Assembly: GCF_009914755.1 (NCBI RefSeq)
Contig: NC_060937.1
Source of the DNA: the human T2T-CHM13v2.0 reference genome, Homo sapiens
DNA length: 64,000 bases
Reading direction: 5' to 3' (one strand)
This document shows positions 1 to 17,502 of the stretch, in pieces. Position 1 is the stretch's first letter; every line of letters starts with the position of its first letter. The translations under genes were made by a program, and so were the position numbers. The notes under the pieces are model-generated. The model made no database searches. It had not been told where the DNA came from and saw only the letters and a program-made list of their open reading frames with translations.

Positions 1-192
1 TTCAGGATGAAGTTCAAGCTTCTTTGCTTGGCATTGAGTCATCCACAGTCTGGCCACAGGCTATTTTTTTTGGTGAACTTTTTTTCTACTTTTTCCCAGT
101 TTGGACCCTCAGGGTTGATTTGTTTTTTTTAGTTGGCCCTGATACAATTTTGTCTGCTTGGGCCTTTGCTTAAGCTCTTCTTGCCCTTGCCC

Positions 193-232
193 ACAATGCC
201 CTTCCCTTTCCTACAATGCCCTTCCCTTTCCT
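193..232. repeat. 20-bp tandem duplication within an old L2-like segment
   Basis: acaatgcccttccctttcct occurs twice in tandem. Confidence 0.85.
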
Positions 233-1420
233 AATCCACACCTCACCCACATTGCCAGGCTCTTCTGTCTGTACTCAGAATCTATTCCACCACCTGCCCT
301 CCCAGCACAAAGAGGCTGCTGACCTCTGAGCCTCCTTAGCACCTTTGGGCCCACTCTTAGTCACACACTGGTAAGTAACCATGGTTACACCTTTATGCCT
401 TAATTGAGGGAACATTTTCAAGGGCAGGAACCTGATCTTCTGTTTTTGTGTTCTCAGCGGCATCTAACAAGTGATCCTGACTGGGTGCTCATCAGCATCA
501 CTTAGTGATCTTTAGAAGCAAAACACAGTGACCACAGAATCTGAGAGGGCAGGGCCCGGGAACTAATACATTGTGGAAGCTGCATTGGTAATACTAATGC
601 ACAGGGGAACTGAGAGCCGCTAGGTGAGCAATGAACCACTTTGACCACGCACTGTTCAGTGAACCCAGCCTGTCCCTACTGTCCTGGAGCTTGGGCTTCT
701 GGGTGCAGTGAGACAGAGCATCCATAAATAAAATCAGGTAATGATGATATCTGGTACTGTGGAGGAAGACAAGGCAGGGTTAGTGGGCAGAGAGAAAAGC
801 AGTACTTCCATATAGGCTAGCTTCAAAAATATTCTCCATCTGTCTTACATCAGCAAATGCTCCAACACCTGGCCTTCCCTGATTGAAGTCCGGGAGCCCC
901 AGCTGGTGGGCCAGACAGTCTGGAAGAAGGGATTCTTGCTCTCTGCTGCCGCTTGTTGATGAGTAGACGACCAAGCAGTGTCCCATGGGGAGCCAGAAAG
1001 ACCCCAGAGAGTGGGAGGTTGGAGGGAAGGAGATGAGGGATCCTGTCTGAGTGAGGAATAGCCAGGGTGCTGTGGGCACACGCAAAAAGCAAGAGGAAAA
1101 CTGGAGTGTGCCTGGCCTGTGACCAGGGACCTGGCTTGAGCCCCGGAGCCTGCACCCACTAGGCGTCCCCATCTAGGTGAAGGGAGAAGCCTTAGCCCAC
1201 TTCAGACTTAACTCTTACTTAATATTCGGAATAATATGTCAGCTTTCAGTAAACGAGTTTACATTTCGCTTGTCCCTTTCTTAGGATAAGGATTATCATC
1301 CTTCTAATCACTTTAAAAAGATGATGTAGCGAAAACTTTCTCTTTAAAAGTGTTTCTCTATGACAGTGAAAAGTATTCTTTGTAACAGGGAAGTGAAGGT
1401 TTACTTGCGTAAGATGTCAG

Positions 1421-1715
1421 TTTTTTTTTTTTTTTTGAGACGAGTCTCCTTGTCGCCCAGGCTGGAGTGCAGTGGCGCGATCTCAGCTCACTGCAGGCTC
1501 CGCCCCCCGGGGTTCACGCCATTCTCCTGCCTCAGCCTCCCGCGTAGCTGGGCCTACAGGCGCCCTCCACCTTGCCCGGCTAATTTTTTGTATTTTTAGT
1601 AGAGATGGGGTTTCACCGTGTTAGCCGGGATGGTCTCGATCTCCTGACCTCGTGATCCGCCCGCTTCGGCCTCCCAAAGTGCTGGGATTACAGGCTTGAG
1701 CCACCATGCCCGGCC
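1421..1715 (-). mobile_element. AluY (AluYe-like)
   Basis: Full antisense Alu with TSD aagatgtcagtttttt. Reverse complement contains GAACCCCGGGGGGCGGAGCCTG, which I recall as an AluYe diagnostic. Confidence 0.9.
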
Positions 1716-2429
1716 AAGATGTCAGTTTTTTAATGGTGTGCAACGTCCGTTTCTTTGATAGTTGGAAAGCGTGGCAGGTATTAGAGGGCGAATGTATATT
1801 TAAGAAAAACAAGATAAGTCTTCATCTGTAGAGTATTAATTTTTCTGTGATCCTTTATCTCAGACGCCTCTCCTCTGAAGGTCACTGCTCAAGCTGGGCA
1901 GCCCCTTCTAAGAAGGGATGCTGCCTTGGAGTTGGAGATGAGGTTAAGATCTACGTGCGGGTACCAGTTTCAGTAATAACTGGATCCTTCTCTAGGTCTA
2001 GGCTGGAACGTCTCAAGTGAAGGTTATTGGGGGGCAGGGGTTTGGGTCCACCCAAAAAGGCTTGACCCATAGGACTGAAATCAAATCTTGAGCTAGGCTG
2101 GCTTGCCACGTAACCACAGAAACAGTAATTTAAGCAATAAAATGAAAGCTCGAGCGCTGGTCCAGAGCTGGGGTTGGGACAGCTACTGCACTCAGGTCTC
2201 CAGGTGCATGTAGGGAGAAGAGCAGCGGATCCCTTGCAGACAATGGTGGGAGCGAGCTCTTCACCCTGGGGTCTCGGAAGCCCATTTTTAGCGTCCAGAG
2301 GTGTGCTTTCGCCATCTCCTTCTGCGGTGGCTGCTTGCAGGGCGCATTCCCATTGCTGCTGTCTCTGTTCCTAAGGAAGATCAAAGGATCCCAGAAAACC
2401 CAGTTCCAGAGCTCAGTTCCCGGGACTAG

Positions 2430-2987
<558 letters not shown>

Positions 2988-3559
2988 TAGGAGAAGGCGG
3001 CCGGCTCGCGCGGAAGGCGGTGGAGTCACAGCTGGGAAGGGGCTCGTCCTCCTGCGCGGGGCTTGGCCGCGCACCTGGCCGGCCCCCGTCCATCTCCCCC
3101 AGAGCCTTCCCCTGCCCCCTCCCCACCCCACTAGCCCGCGGTGCAGCCCCGCGCTTCCAGTAGGGTCATGCGAATGCAGCCCTCACCGTTCTCTCCTGCG
3201 CATCCGTTCTGCGCCCAGCCTGCCTCTGAGCCCTGAGAAGTTTTCACTCTAATGTCACCGACAAAAACGAGGTCTCTGCTCTTTTCATCCCTGGGCTTCC
3301 TTCCCGGAACCCCTTCTAGCCTTGTTTTAAGCCAGTTGATAGCCTTCTTTAGCAATTTTTAGACCATACTATGGGGGACGTGCTTCATAAGGGAATCCCA
3401 CAAGTCACAAGGAATCACATTCAGTTCTCAGTGGTCCACGACAATTGTTAAGAGGTCTTCATTTGCTGCGAAACTTTGCCCAGAGTTAGCAGAAAGATGG
3501 ACAGAGGCTAGCATTTAAATGTCTACTTTTGCTGGCCGCTATGTCACACACCCTGGCTA

Positions 3560-3720
3560 TAGCAGCTTAGTGAATCTTCATAACCTATTGAAGCAGGCCA
3601 GGAGACTGGAATATAAAGATGCTAAATAATGTACCTATAGTCATACAGCTCCTAAATGGCAGGGCTGGAAATTGAACCCAGCCCATCTGACTACTAAGGA
3701 TAAAATTTTTTCTGCTGTGC
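3560..3720 (-). mobile_element. MIR fragment
   Basis: Matches the MIR core: ...gtcatacagctcctaaatggcagggctggaattgaacccag... Confidence 0.6.
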
Positions 3721-4234
3721 AAAGCTAGTTCTTTATCACGGGTGTTCGTACATTTTCAAATTTCATTAAACTTTCAGGCTTAAACAACTTTGTATCTGGG
3801 AGAGACTTCAGAGGATGTAGTTCTGTGAGCTGCTCAGAACACCATGCTTGGGTGTAGAGAAGTTCAGTGATTTATCAGGTTACACATAGATTATTGACAA
3901 ACCTGAGTTCCAATCCAGTGTTCTTTTTTGGAAGACAAAAACTTTGTTGTTATATGTTTAAGTATTCCACTACTGCACTAACACTTGTACAAATGACTTA
4001 GCCTGACATCTTTATTTAGAAAGGTCAGGCAGTTGGACATTATTGGGGTAGAATAATGGTGCATATTATATGGAGGTGGAATTTTCACTTATTAAAGGAG
4101 TGTTAGATTATGCAGCTTTATTTTGGGTTTTAAGAATGACAGTTGGGCATATTTTATACTTAAAAGTGTAATTTAGAAGAATAGCTGAGTCCCCATTTCA
4201 GAATGTGTGGGCTTCGTTTAAGATACAGAGCATC

Positions 4235-4945
4235 AGTCGCAGTGAGTTACCACTTCACAAACTAGGGTGGCTCCAATCAAAAAGACAAATAACAAGTATT
4301 GGCAATGATTTAGAGAACTTGGTATCCTCATGCATTACTGATGGGGATGAAAAACGATGGAGCTGCTTTGGAAAACAGTAAAAATGATGGAGCTACTTTG
4401 GAAAACAGTTTGGTAGTTCTTCAAAAGGTTCAATGTAAAGTTACCATATGACCTAGCCGTTCTACTCCTGGGTAATCTGCCCGAGAGAAATGAAAACCTA
4501 CGTCCACACAAAAACCCATACACATATATTTCACAGCAGCATTATTGTGAATAGCCCCAAAGTAGAAATAATCTAAATGTCCATCAGCTGATGAATGAAT
4601 AAATAAGATGAAGTATATCCATACAGTGCAATATTATTGGGCCATAAAAAGGAATGAAATATTGACACATTCTACAACATGGATGAGACTTGAAAGCATT
4701 TTGCTAAGTGGAAGAAGCCAGTCACAAAAGGCCTCATAGTACATGATTCCATTTATATGAAGTATCCAGAAGAGGCAAATTTATAGAGTTATGAGGTAAA
4801 TTAGTGGTTCCTGGGGCTGGGGAAGAGAGAAAAGGTTGGGGGGAAATGGGGAATGACTGTGAATGTGGATGGGGTTTCATTTTGGGGTGATGGTTGCACA
4901 ACTCTGTGAATTTACCTAAACCATTTGGAATCCTGCACTGCTCAT
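4235..4945 (+). mobile_element. L1MB-type 3' end fragment with an internal 30-bp tandem duplication (4351-4410)
   Basis: Characteristic L1MB 3' sequence (ttaccatatgacc...gccataaaaaggaatgaa...gctaagtggaagaagccagtcacaaaagg...atgattccatttatatga). Confidence 0.8.
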
Positions 4946-5216
4946 GTAGTTCCATTTCTTTACACCTTCTCGCATGTGTTTCTATTGAATTGCTTTCAAA
5001 AAGATGATTTTCTAAAAGATATATACTGTATAAGGATATGGGATTTGAAGAGCTACTTTTCTTTTTAAACTTTAGTGTGTTTTCAAGATGTATTTTTGCT
5101 TAATTTCTATTAATTCCTTTAATTTTGTTATCCATTTATGCATGCTTAAGGCTGGGAGAAAAAAAAAATAGAGGCCTTTGTTTTTGTCTAAATTCTTTTG
5201 TTTTAATGGAAGGTAA

Positions 5217-5523
<307 letters not shown>

Positions 5524-5846
5524 TAAGAGCACTGATAATGGAGCTTCACTACCTGTTCTGTAATCAAGATTGAAAGCTGACCCAGACTGATTGTATTATT
5601 AGTCAGAGGGATTCCGAGTAGCTGTCTGCTGTGCAGTTTCATCTGTACTGTTTTGAGAGAGGCAGAGTAAGTTGGGGATGTACAGTGGGTTGGTGAGGAA
5701 TAAAGTAGTCAGTTACCAGCTATTGTATTGAAAGCTTTATGTAAGTATATAATTGAATTAGTTGAAATATATTAAAATTCATATAATTTCTGAGTTCATG
5801 GCTTATACTGTGAGCGTAAGTTTCCGCATGCACTGGATAGGGTCTA

Positions 5847-6306
<460 letters not shown>

Positions 6307-7394
6307 TTAAGGATTTGAGAAAACGTCGAGCCATATTATTTTAGCACTTTAATGTTACTGAACTCAAGTTTTATGATAATATTGATTTTTAAAAATAAGG
6401 CCTTTTATCTTGGCCATGAATGTTTGCTAAAAGTTAATGAAGCTATTCAAAGGAATATTTTTATAAAAGGATAAATAATTTGTTTTTTAATATAATTTTT
6501 CTGGAGAAAAGGTTAATGGTTTTCTTAGAGGCAGGGCATGGAGAGTTTATCCCAGTTCCTTTGCCCCTAAATTGAGCTTTTTGAAAAGAAGGGACCACAT
6601 GGGATAGATGAGGCTCAGGCCTGTCTGCTGACTCAGGGCTAACTTACCTTGTTGTACTCCTTGGCAGGCCTGTCCTCTCTGGAACAGAGTTCTCTCCCCT
6701 ACTTTCCTCAACCCTAAGCCGGTTTTGGTTTGAAACCCTCTGGATCATAGCAGTTGCTCTGCGCTTGCCTTTCTGGGAAGCTGGCATTTGACTAGGAATG
6801 GGAGTTTGATACAGAGGAAGGGAGGGCAGCGAGGGGCGGCATGCTGTCATTCAGGACAGGAATTCTATGGGTCAAGTTTACTGGAATGGAATTGATGTGA
6901 CTGAAGAAAGAGGGTGGGTCTGGGGAAATGCCTAGAAAGCAGGAGTGAGGTCCCCTCTGAGGTCCATTGTGGCCTCAGCACCCCCAGGGGTATGCACTAC
7001 ATGAGAACTCTGAATTCTGGCCAATTCCTTGAATTTTTGGGAGGGACTGTGCTATGTATATAGATGTCTCACCAAACCTTGTTCTCATTCTTGACGGTGA
7101 AAATACCACCAGTGTTTGATCTGAAGTCTGTGGTAGGTTTATTAAGTTTTTCATTATTGAAGCCAATGAATTCAGATTATCATAATGATGGAGAATTATG
7201 AAGTAGTCTTTTTCTACTAGGGATTGATTTTCTAGGACCTTAACTATGAGAACAATAACTTTCTTCATCCTCTGGAAATGAATAGTAATTAATGGGATTC
7301 AATGTTTATATACATATGTAAGATTATGTATGTGTCCACCTAATAAGATCTCCTTTTCCTGGAGTGTACAATCATATCTCCTTTCAAATGTTTT

Positions 7395-7630
7395 AAAGGT
7401 TTTAGTGCACAATTCAGCCATCTGAAGTATACAATTCAGTGATTTTTAATATATTCATTGTGCAACTATCATCACAGTCAATTTTGGAACATTTTCATCA
7501 CCTCCAAAAGAAATATTATACTCTAGCTATCATCTCCCATCCCTTCCTCCCCCCACCCCTAAGGAACCACAAATTTACTTTATATTTCTGTAGATTTCCC
7601 TGTACTGGACATTTTGTATAAATAGCCTCA
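7395..7630 (-). mobile_element. L1M 3' end fragment
   Basis: aagtatacaattcagtgattttt...gaacattttcatcacc...ctggacatttt motif. Confidence 0.65.
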
Positions 7631-8145
7631 TATCCTTTTAAGTTAAATATTAAATGCTTACAAAAGCTCACTATTTAGAGGAAACTGGTGGTGAATTTTT
7701 AATTTTATATATCTAAATTTTCAAGAATGTTTAAAGTTAAAATGTTTTTTTCCCCCAGAAAAATCTTGAAATAATGTGCTGATCAAAGGAATGAGCAATA
7801 CTTATGTCATCACTATCAGACATATGTAATCTTTCTATGTGATTAGCAGCATGCCATTTGAAATAGTGAATTTCAAAGCCATAAGGCAGTTTTCTTCAAT
7901 ATTTGAAATGAGGTCTTCAAAGCTAGTTAGGAATGTTTATAGTTACTCAGTTTTGAATGACTCATTCATTTCAGGTGGGCGTTTTAGCTAGCAAAAACTT
8001 CATTACAGTGGTAACTCGAGCTTTGTCAAGTTACTGCATTTCTTCAGGTTGGTTTGCCTTAAAGGAAAATTACTTCATACAAATTTTTGGTAAGTTTTTG
8101 TTGGCTTTGCCAAGGTTAATTTTAAATAGAATATTACCTTTACAG

Positions 8146-8489
<344 letters not shown>

Positions 8490-8569
8490 CTAGGTTGGTA
8501 CAGTATCATTGTTTATAATATTAATGCTGAGATCCTAATTTTTTTTTTAACCTTGTTTTTTGGTTGTTT

Positions 8570-9895
<1,326 letters not shown>

Positions 9896-10155
9896 GGGAT
9901 CATAATTCTAAAAGAATATTTTTGTCTTAAGGAGTAAAAAGAACAAAATAATCTTCAGTAACCAATTTGTCCATGAATAGTGGGGAGAGATTATATATGT
10001 GGTACTAGATCCAATGTCATTGAGTACTGTGAGGATGAAGAATTCTCCTCTAAATGTTTTAATGCTGCAGAATTTATGTAGGATCTGGTCTTAATGCACA
10101 AGCTGCTTACAATTTAGCAAAGAAGCAATACCAGCATCCTAGTTAGAATCATAAC

Positions 10156-10454
10156 TTTTTTTTTTTTTTGAGATGGAGTCTCACTCTATTGGCCAGGCTA
10201 GAGTGCAGTGGCGCGAACTCCACTCATTGCAAACCTTTGCCTCCTGGGTTCAAGCGATTCTCCTGCCCCTCAGACTCTCGAGTAGCTGCGATTACAGGCA
10301 CCCGCCACCACGGCCAGCTAATTTTTGAATTTTTGGTAGAGAACGGGGTTTCACCACATGGGCCAGGCTGGTCTTGAACTCCTGACCTCAAGTGATCCAT
10401 CTGCCCTGGCCTCCCAAAGTGCTGGGATTACAGGTATGAGCCATGACGCCTGAC
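10156..10454 (-). mobile_element. AluS
   Basis: TSD agaatcataacttttt. Confidence 0.92.
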
Positions 10455-11274
10455 AGAATCATAACTTTTTTGGTTTATGTAAAGATCATTATCTTAAAAA
10501 CCAAGGTTATGTAATCTCTGATTTGAGACTGCTGTCTTTATCAAGTTTGGCAAAGGTAAAAGTATTCCTTATCAAGAGTAATTGCTGATGTTGAAAACAG
10601 TCTCAAGATTTTCCTTCTGGGTATGCTGCTTTTTGTTTAGAAGTGGATATACTTGGTTAATTTCCAAGCCAGGCACTGTACTTTCTGAACGTGAATGGCA
10701 CAACAATCCTGAGTTCTTATTTTCGATGTACCAGCAGCAATTAATGCCATAGAAGAGTCTTGTAATGAGAACTGTTATCACCTTTACACCCCTGGACAAG
10801 TCTTTTGAGGAATCCTGCAGACGAAAATATTGGAACTGGGGGAGCTTTGGCATAGTACATTCCAGGTAACCATTGAATGTGTGAGCTTTCTTGAAGAGTA
10901 TTTTTAGAAACAGAAAAGCCTGTCAGCATTGGGCCAGTTTTATATTTGGTGTTTCTAAGGAAACAGCAAATGTCTAAGAGGACAGACTTTCATGGTGATT
11001 TCTTTATCAAGTTGACCCCTGTGTGGGTGGATAATGGAGCCCAGTTTGAATTTGACCAAAAAAAATCTGTGCCATTTCCACTGTTTAAAATAGGTAAAAG
11101 CATTTGGTTTGAGAATTTTGGTCAGTAATTTATTTCCCCTCTCTCCTCTTCCCAAATTCTGTTAACTCTTATTGTCTGCTGTGAACTTGGAAGCATTTAT
11201 GATTTTTGATTAAAAAGAATTAAGCATCAGGATTTGTGAGACAAATTAAAACTCAACCAGAATTGGAAGAGACC

Positions 11275-11821
<547 letters not shown>

Positions 11822-12718
11822 CTATTTTCTCAAACAAATCTTAAAATCAACTAGAAGTATCTGAGAGAATAGGAATGAAATGCTAAACTCTTGTTTTTCT
11901 GTTGAATACTTTAGTAAATGTTTGGATCTTTAATTGGAAACATACATGATTTTGAAGGGAGGATGGTCAGAAGAAAAAAGGATCAGTATCTTCATATGTT
12001 TGTTGTGATGAGTAGATGGGAAAACCCTTACTCTCGGGGCATCAAAGAACATTCCCTATGCTCACAAACAGCACCAAGGGTTTGTTTGCATAATGTCTGA
12101 TCTAGTTGCTTAAGTTGAAAAAGTAGGTAACAAAGTAGACTGCTCTGTTTTTGCTCAGTTTAGTCATGTGAGCTTCTGTGTCGTTATCCAGAAAGTTGCA
12201 TCTAAGTGTTTGTTCTACTACTTATAGCTGAGTCACTCAACAGACAGCAAAAGCTTACTCAGAAATGCTAATCAGCAACCCTTTCAAGAGGGACAATGCT
12301 TAGACAGAACAAAAGGAGAGGTCTGACCATTGTGGGGATGTAGGGATGTTTAACAAAGAAATTTCCTGAAATCCATGAGGTTGGGTTTGGTCATTCAAAT
12401 GCTGACCCATTCTTTTCTCTTAAATGAAAGCCAGCTCTTCAAAACTGAAATCATAGGTTTTTAGCCTTTACTATTTTATATTAGATGTCATTAAAAATGA
12501 TTTGGGGTTGAGTTTGGGATGATGTTAGTCACTCTGATGGATTATTCTATGTATCTTCAGTCTACGTATAACATATACCATACGAAAGGCTTTTGGAGAG
12601 TGTTGGCAGGTTTCAGCTTAGAAAAGACTTCAGCTTGAGAGTGGACCTAACTCTCATGTAAGTTCTCTGTCTATATCAGTGGTCTCCAAAACTTTTTCAT
12701 TGGATGTCCCATTTGTAA

Positions 12719-13012
<294 letters not shown>

Positions 13013-13356
13013 CATAAAATTCTTTAGCATGAACCTTTGATATGTATATTTAAAACATTGGTATACATGTGCTATCATTGTTAGTTATTATCTGAAGACC
13101 CAGTACATATTTACCAAGATTCTCCGTTAAGGATTATGGATGTAAGTACATATTGTTCACAGTCTTCTCTATTATTTTGAATGCTTTTGGCCGATTTGTC
13201 AGATTTGATTAAATTACCCTAATGTTTAACCTAGTAAAATGGTTTTAAAGAGCTTTTACTAGGAATGTAAGTGTCAATTCTGCTGCTTTTTATTTTCTTG
13301 TAATTGCATTATTAATAAGTATAATTTCCAATTTGTGGTTTTGTTGTATGATTCTT

Positions 13357-15341
13357 TTATTTTTATTTTTATTTTTATTGATCATTCTTGGGTGTTTCTC
13401 ACGGAGGGGGATTTGGCAGGGTCATAGGACAATAGTGGAGGGAAGGTCAGCAGATAAACAAGTGAACAAAGGTCTCTGGTTTTCCTAGGCAGAGGACCCT
13501 GAGGCCTTCCGCAGTGTTTGTGTCCCTGGGTACTTGAGATTAGGGAGTGGTGATGACTCTTAAGGAGCATGCTGCCTTCAAGCATCTGTTTAACAAAGCA
13601 CATCTTGCACTGCCCTTAATCCATTTAACCCTGAGTGGACACAGCACATGTTTCAGAGAGCACAGGGTTGGGGGGTAAGGTCACAGATCAACAGGATCCC
13701 AAGGCAGAAGAATTTTTCTTAGTACAGAACAAAATGAAAAGTCTCCCATGTCTACTTCTTTCCACACAGACACGGCAACCATCCGATTTCTCAATCTTTT
13801 CCCCACCTTTCCCCGCTTTCTATTCCACAAAACCACCATTGTCATCATGGCCCGTTCTCAATGAGCTGTTGGGCACACCTCCCGGACGGGGTGGTGGCCA
13901 GGCAGAGGGGCTCCTCACTTCCCAGTAGGGGCGGCTGGGCAGAGGCGCCCCTCACCTCCCGGACGGGGCGGCTGGCCGGGCGGGGGGCTGACCCCCCACC
14001 TCCCTCCCGGATGGGGCAGCTGGCCGGGTGGGGGGCTGACCCCCCCACCTCCCTCCCGGACGGAGTGGCTGGCCGGGCAGAGGGGCTCCTCACTTCCCAG
14101 TAGGGGCGGCTGGGCAGAGGCGCCCCTTACATCCCGGACGGGGCGGCTGGCCGGGCGGGGGGCTGACCCCCACCTCCCTCCCGGACGGGGCGGCTGCCGG
14201 GCGGAGACGCTCCTCACTTCCCAGACTGGGTGGCTGCCGGGCGGAGGGGCTCCTCACTTCTCAGACGGGGCGGTTGCCAGGCGGAGAGTCTCCTCCCTTC
14301 TCAGATGGGGCGGCTGGGCAGAGACGCTCCTCACCTCCCAGACGGGGTCGCGGCCGGGCAGAGGCGCTCCTCACATCCCAGACGGGGCGGCGGGGCAAAG
14401 GCGCTCCCCACATCTCAGACGATGGGCGGCCGGGCAGAGACGCTCCTCCCTTCCTAGATGGGATGGCGGCCGGGAAGAGGCGCTCCTCACTTCCTAGATG
14501 GGATGGCGGCCGGGCAGAGATGCTCCTCACTTTCCAGACTGGGCAGCCAGGCAGAGGGGCTCCTCACATCCCAGACGATGGGTGGCCAGGCAGAGACGCT
14601 CCTCACTTCCTAGACGGGGTGGCGGCCGGGCAGAGGCTGCACTCTGGGCACTTTGGGAGGCCAAGGCAGGCGGCTGGGAGGTGGAGGTTGTAGCGAGCCG
14701 AGATCACGCCACTGCACTCCAGCCTGGGCACCATTGAGCACTGAGTGAACCAGACACCGTCTGCAATCCTGGCACCTCCGGAGGCCGAGGCTGGTGGATC
14801 ACTCGCGGTTAGGAGCTGGAGACCAGCCCGGGCAACACAGCGAAACCCCGTCTCCACCAAAAAAATATGAAAACCAGTCAGGCGTGGCAGCGCGCGCCTG
14901 CAATCACAGGCACTAGGCAGGCTGAGGCAGGAGAATCAGGCAGGGAGGTTGCAGTGAGCCGAGATGGCAGCAGTACAGTCCAGCTTCGGCTCGGCATCAG
15001 AGGGAGACCGTGGAAAGAGAGGGAGAGGGAGACCGTGGGGAGAGGGAGACCGTGGGGAGAGGGAGAGGGAGAGGGACAGGGAGAGGAACAGGGACAGGGA
15101 CAGGGACAGGGACAGGAGTACTGGTCTTCATAGTTACTTCCCAATATTGTTTTTGCCCACATTTTCTGATGGGACATGCAGACTGCATTTCCCAGTTTCT
15201 CTTGTAACTAGCGACTGTGTGGCCAACTTCAGGCCAGTGGTCTCTCAGAAGAGTCACATGGCAGTTCTAGGAGCCCTCCTGAGACTCAACGCCCATGCAT
15301 CCTTCATTCCTCCTCCATCCTGAGCCAGGAATGTGGATGCC
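13357..15341 (-). mobile_element. SVA_D retrotransposon (core 13357-15116) plus ~225-bp 5' transduction (15117-15341)
   Basis: In order on +: poly(T), SINE-R (ttgatcattcttgggtgtttctc...), GC-rich VNTR, Alu-like domain, (GGGAGA)/(GGGACA) hexamers. A 12-bp TSD TGTATGATTCTT lies at 13345-13356 and 15342-15353. Confidence 0.95.
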
Positions 15342-15492
15342 TGTATGATTCTTAAACCATTTGTTCTTTTGGGAGGGTTAATTTAGTTTAAATTGGATAA
15401 AGTGATGGATGACTCCACCTAGCTGGGACCTGGAAATTGAAATGTGTAGTAGTAAGGAGAGAGACAGACAGGGAGGGTACCACTGTTATCCC

Positions 15493-15889
15493 TGTATTAG
15501 CTCAGGCTGCCATAGCAAAATACATAGACTGCGGGGGCGTAAGCAGGTGTTCGTCTTCTCATAGTTCTAGAGGCTGGAAGTCCAAGATCAGGGTGCCAGC
15601 ATGATCTGGTTCTGGTGCGGGCTCTCTCCTGGCTTGCAGATAGCTGCTTTCTTGCCATGTCCTCCCAGAACAGAGAGAGTGAGCAAGAGCAAGAGCGAGA
15701 GTGAGGGAGAGACAGAGTGAGAGCTCTCTGTCTCTAATAAGGGCACTAATCCCATCTTGAGGGTCCCACCCTCATGACCTCATCTAATCCTAATTATCTC
15801 CAAAAGGGCCCAACAGTAGCATCCCATCACATTGGGGGTTAGGGCTTCAACATATGAATTTTAGGAAGGACACAGTTCAGTCCATAGCA
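15493..15889 (-). mobile_element. MLT1A-type MaLR solo LTR
   Basis: Reverse complement begins TGCTATGGACTGAA...TTCATATGTTGAAGCCCTAACCCCCAATGTG; contains ggctggaagtccaagatcagggtgccagca. Confidence 0.85.
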
Positions 15890-16475
15890 CCACCCACCCT
15901 TCCCATTAAAGAGGTTCCTCTCCAGCCACATTACATAGAATTACGTTGGGACACCAGTGTCAGTGCATTTAATAAATGTTCCTGAAGCTTATTTTTTGGA
16001 GGTATATATAAATATAAGCTCTGATAGCATCTTCCCAAACCCCACTTGGAAGCCACCTGCTTTAGATTCAGTTGATTAGGGCCCGCCTTAGAGGAAAACC
16101 ATCTGGTCAGACCCAGTCTGACTTTTACTTTAGGCCCCAGGAACTCTGAGACTGATCATAAGTCTTGTTCCTTAAGTACCATTCATAATCCTACATTTGG
16201 TATATGTGAGGTAAGCATTGCAGTCCCTCTCTGTCAAGAATTGGGGGTGCGTGGTTAGTGGCAGCACTGCAGGGGTGGGAAAGTAGAAGGACGGGGCAAA
16301 ACTGCTAGTAGAGACCAATGAGCTGGGCCTGAAAGATGAGTACGAGTCAGCCTGGAAACTTGGGTGGGGCTTGGTGGGGAGGGCAGGCCAGACATGGGGA
16401 ACCCCATGTGCAGAGGTGCAGAAGAGTGTAACGGCCAGGTGTATGTCTTTCCAGAAAAGATGTGGAAGAAGAAGG

Positions 16476-16852
16476 TGATGTGGTTTGGCTCTGGGTCCCT
16501 ACCCAAATCTCATCTTGAATTGTAGCTCCCATAATTCCCATATGTTGTGGGAGGGACCTGGTGGGAAATGATTGAATCATGGGGGCGGTTTCCCCCATAC
16601 TATTCTCGTGGTAGTGAATAAATCTTATGAGAGCTGATGGTTTTATCAGGGGTTTCCACTTTTGCATCTTCCTCATTCTCTCTTTGCCTGCTGCCGTCCA
16701 TGTAAGACGGGACTTGCTCCTCCTTGCCTTCCACCATGATTGTGAGGCTTCCCCAGCCATGTGGAACTGTAATTCCAATTAAACCTCTTTCTTTTGTAAA
16801 TTGCCCAGTCTGGGGCATGTCTTCATCAGCAGCGTGAAAACGGACTAATACA
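16476..16852 (+). mobile_element. THE1 (THE1B-like) solo LTR
   Basis: TG...CA termini (tgatgtggtttggctct...ggactaataca) with a 5-bp TSD gaagg. Confidence 0.92.
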
Positions 16853-17502
16853 GAAGGGATGATGGACAAAGTGCTGTGAAAGGCCAGGCTACTGGAGACG
16901 GGCTGCTATAGCCAAGAAAAGCTTTTATGAGCCAGGTGACAAAGTGATAGATAGTACTTGGGTTTGATGTGCACAGCCACCTGCTCTGCATTTAGAATAA
17001 GCATATGAGGCTGCTGTCATTGCCCAGGAAGAGGTGCAGGGCTATACTGCTGCAGGAGAAGAGAAGCACTTGGGATGGTTAGCAGTGGGGCTGTAAGTGG
17101 ACAGAGCACTAGGCAAGTGTGATTTCCAGGTTCCAGTGTTAGTGATGGAGAAGGTGTTGATGCTGTTTCTTGTGTTTCTGAGTTTTGTTTTGAACTATTT
17201 TGAACTGTGGAATGGGGCAAGGTGATTGACCTCAGAATAGCAGAAAGCCCCTTTCACCCCAGTATGAGACCACCCCAGGGGAGCAGAGATACACATGTAG
17301 GGGGTGATCTCTGTTGGTTGCGTCATGAAGGAGCTCCTTCCTCCAGCAAGGTAGGGGCAGCACTGGCGCTCTTGGAGAGACACCAAACTTTTGACAGATC
17401 TTTCCCTACCTCTAGATCTGTTTGGTTTCAAGATACTCCAATTAATAAACTGGAAGTAGAATAATGTCATAGCTTACAGCATGATGAGAATTAAATGAGA
17501 AC

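Noticed and set aside
13382-15323. Cluster of ORFs in the SVA elements (also 45783-48190)
   Set aside because: Translations of SVA VNTR, Alu-like and hexamer sequence; SVAs are non-coding.
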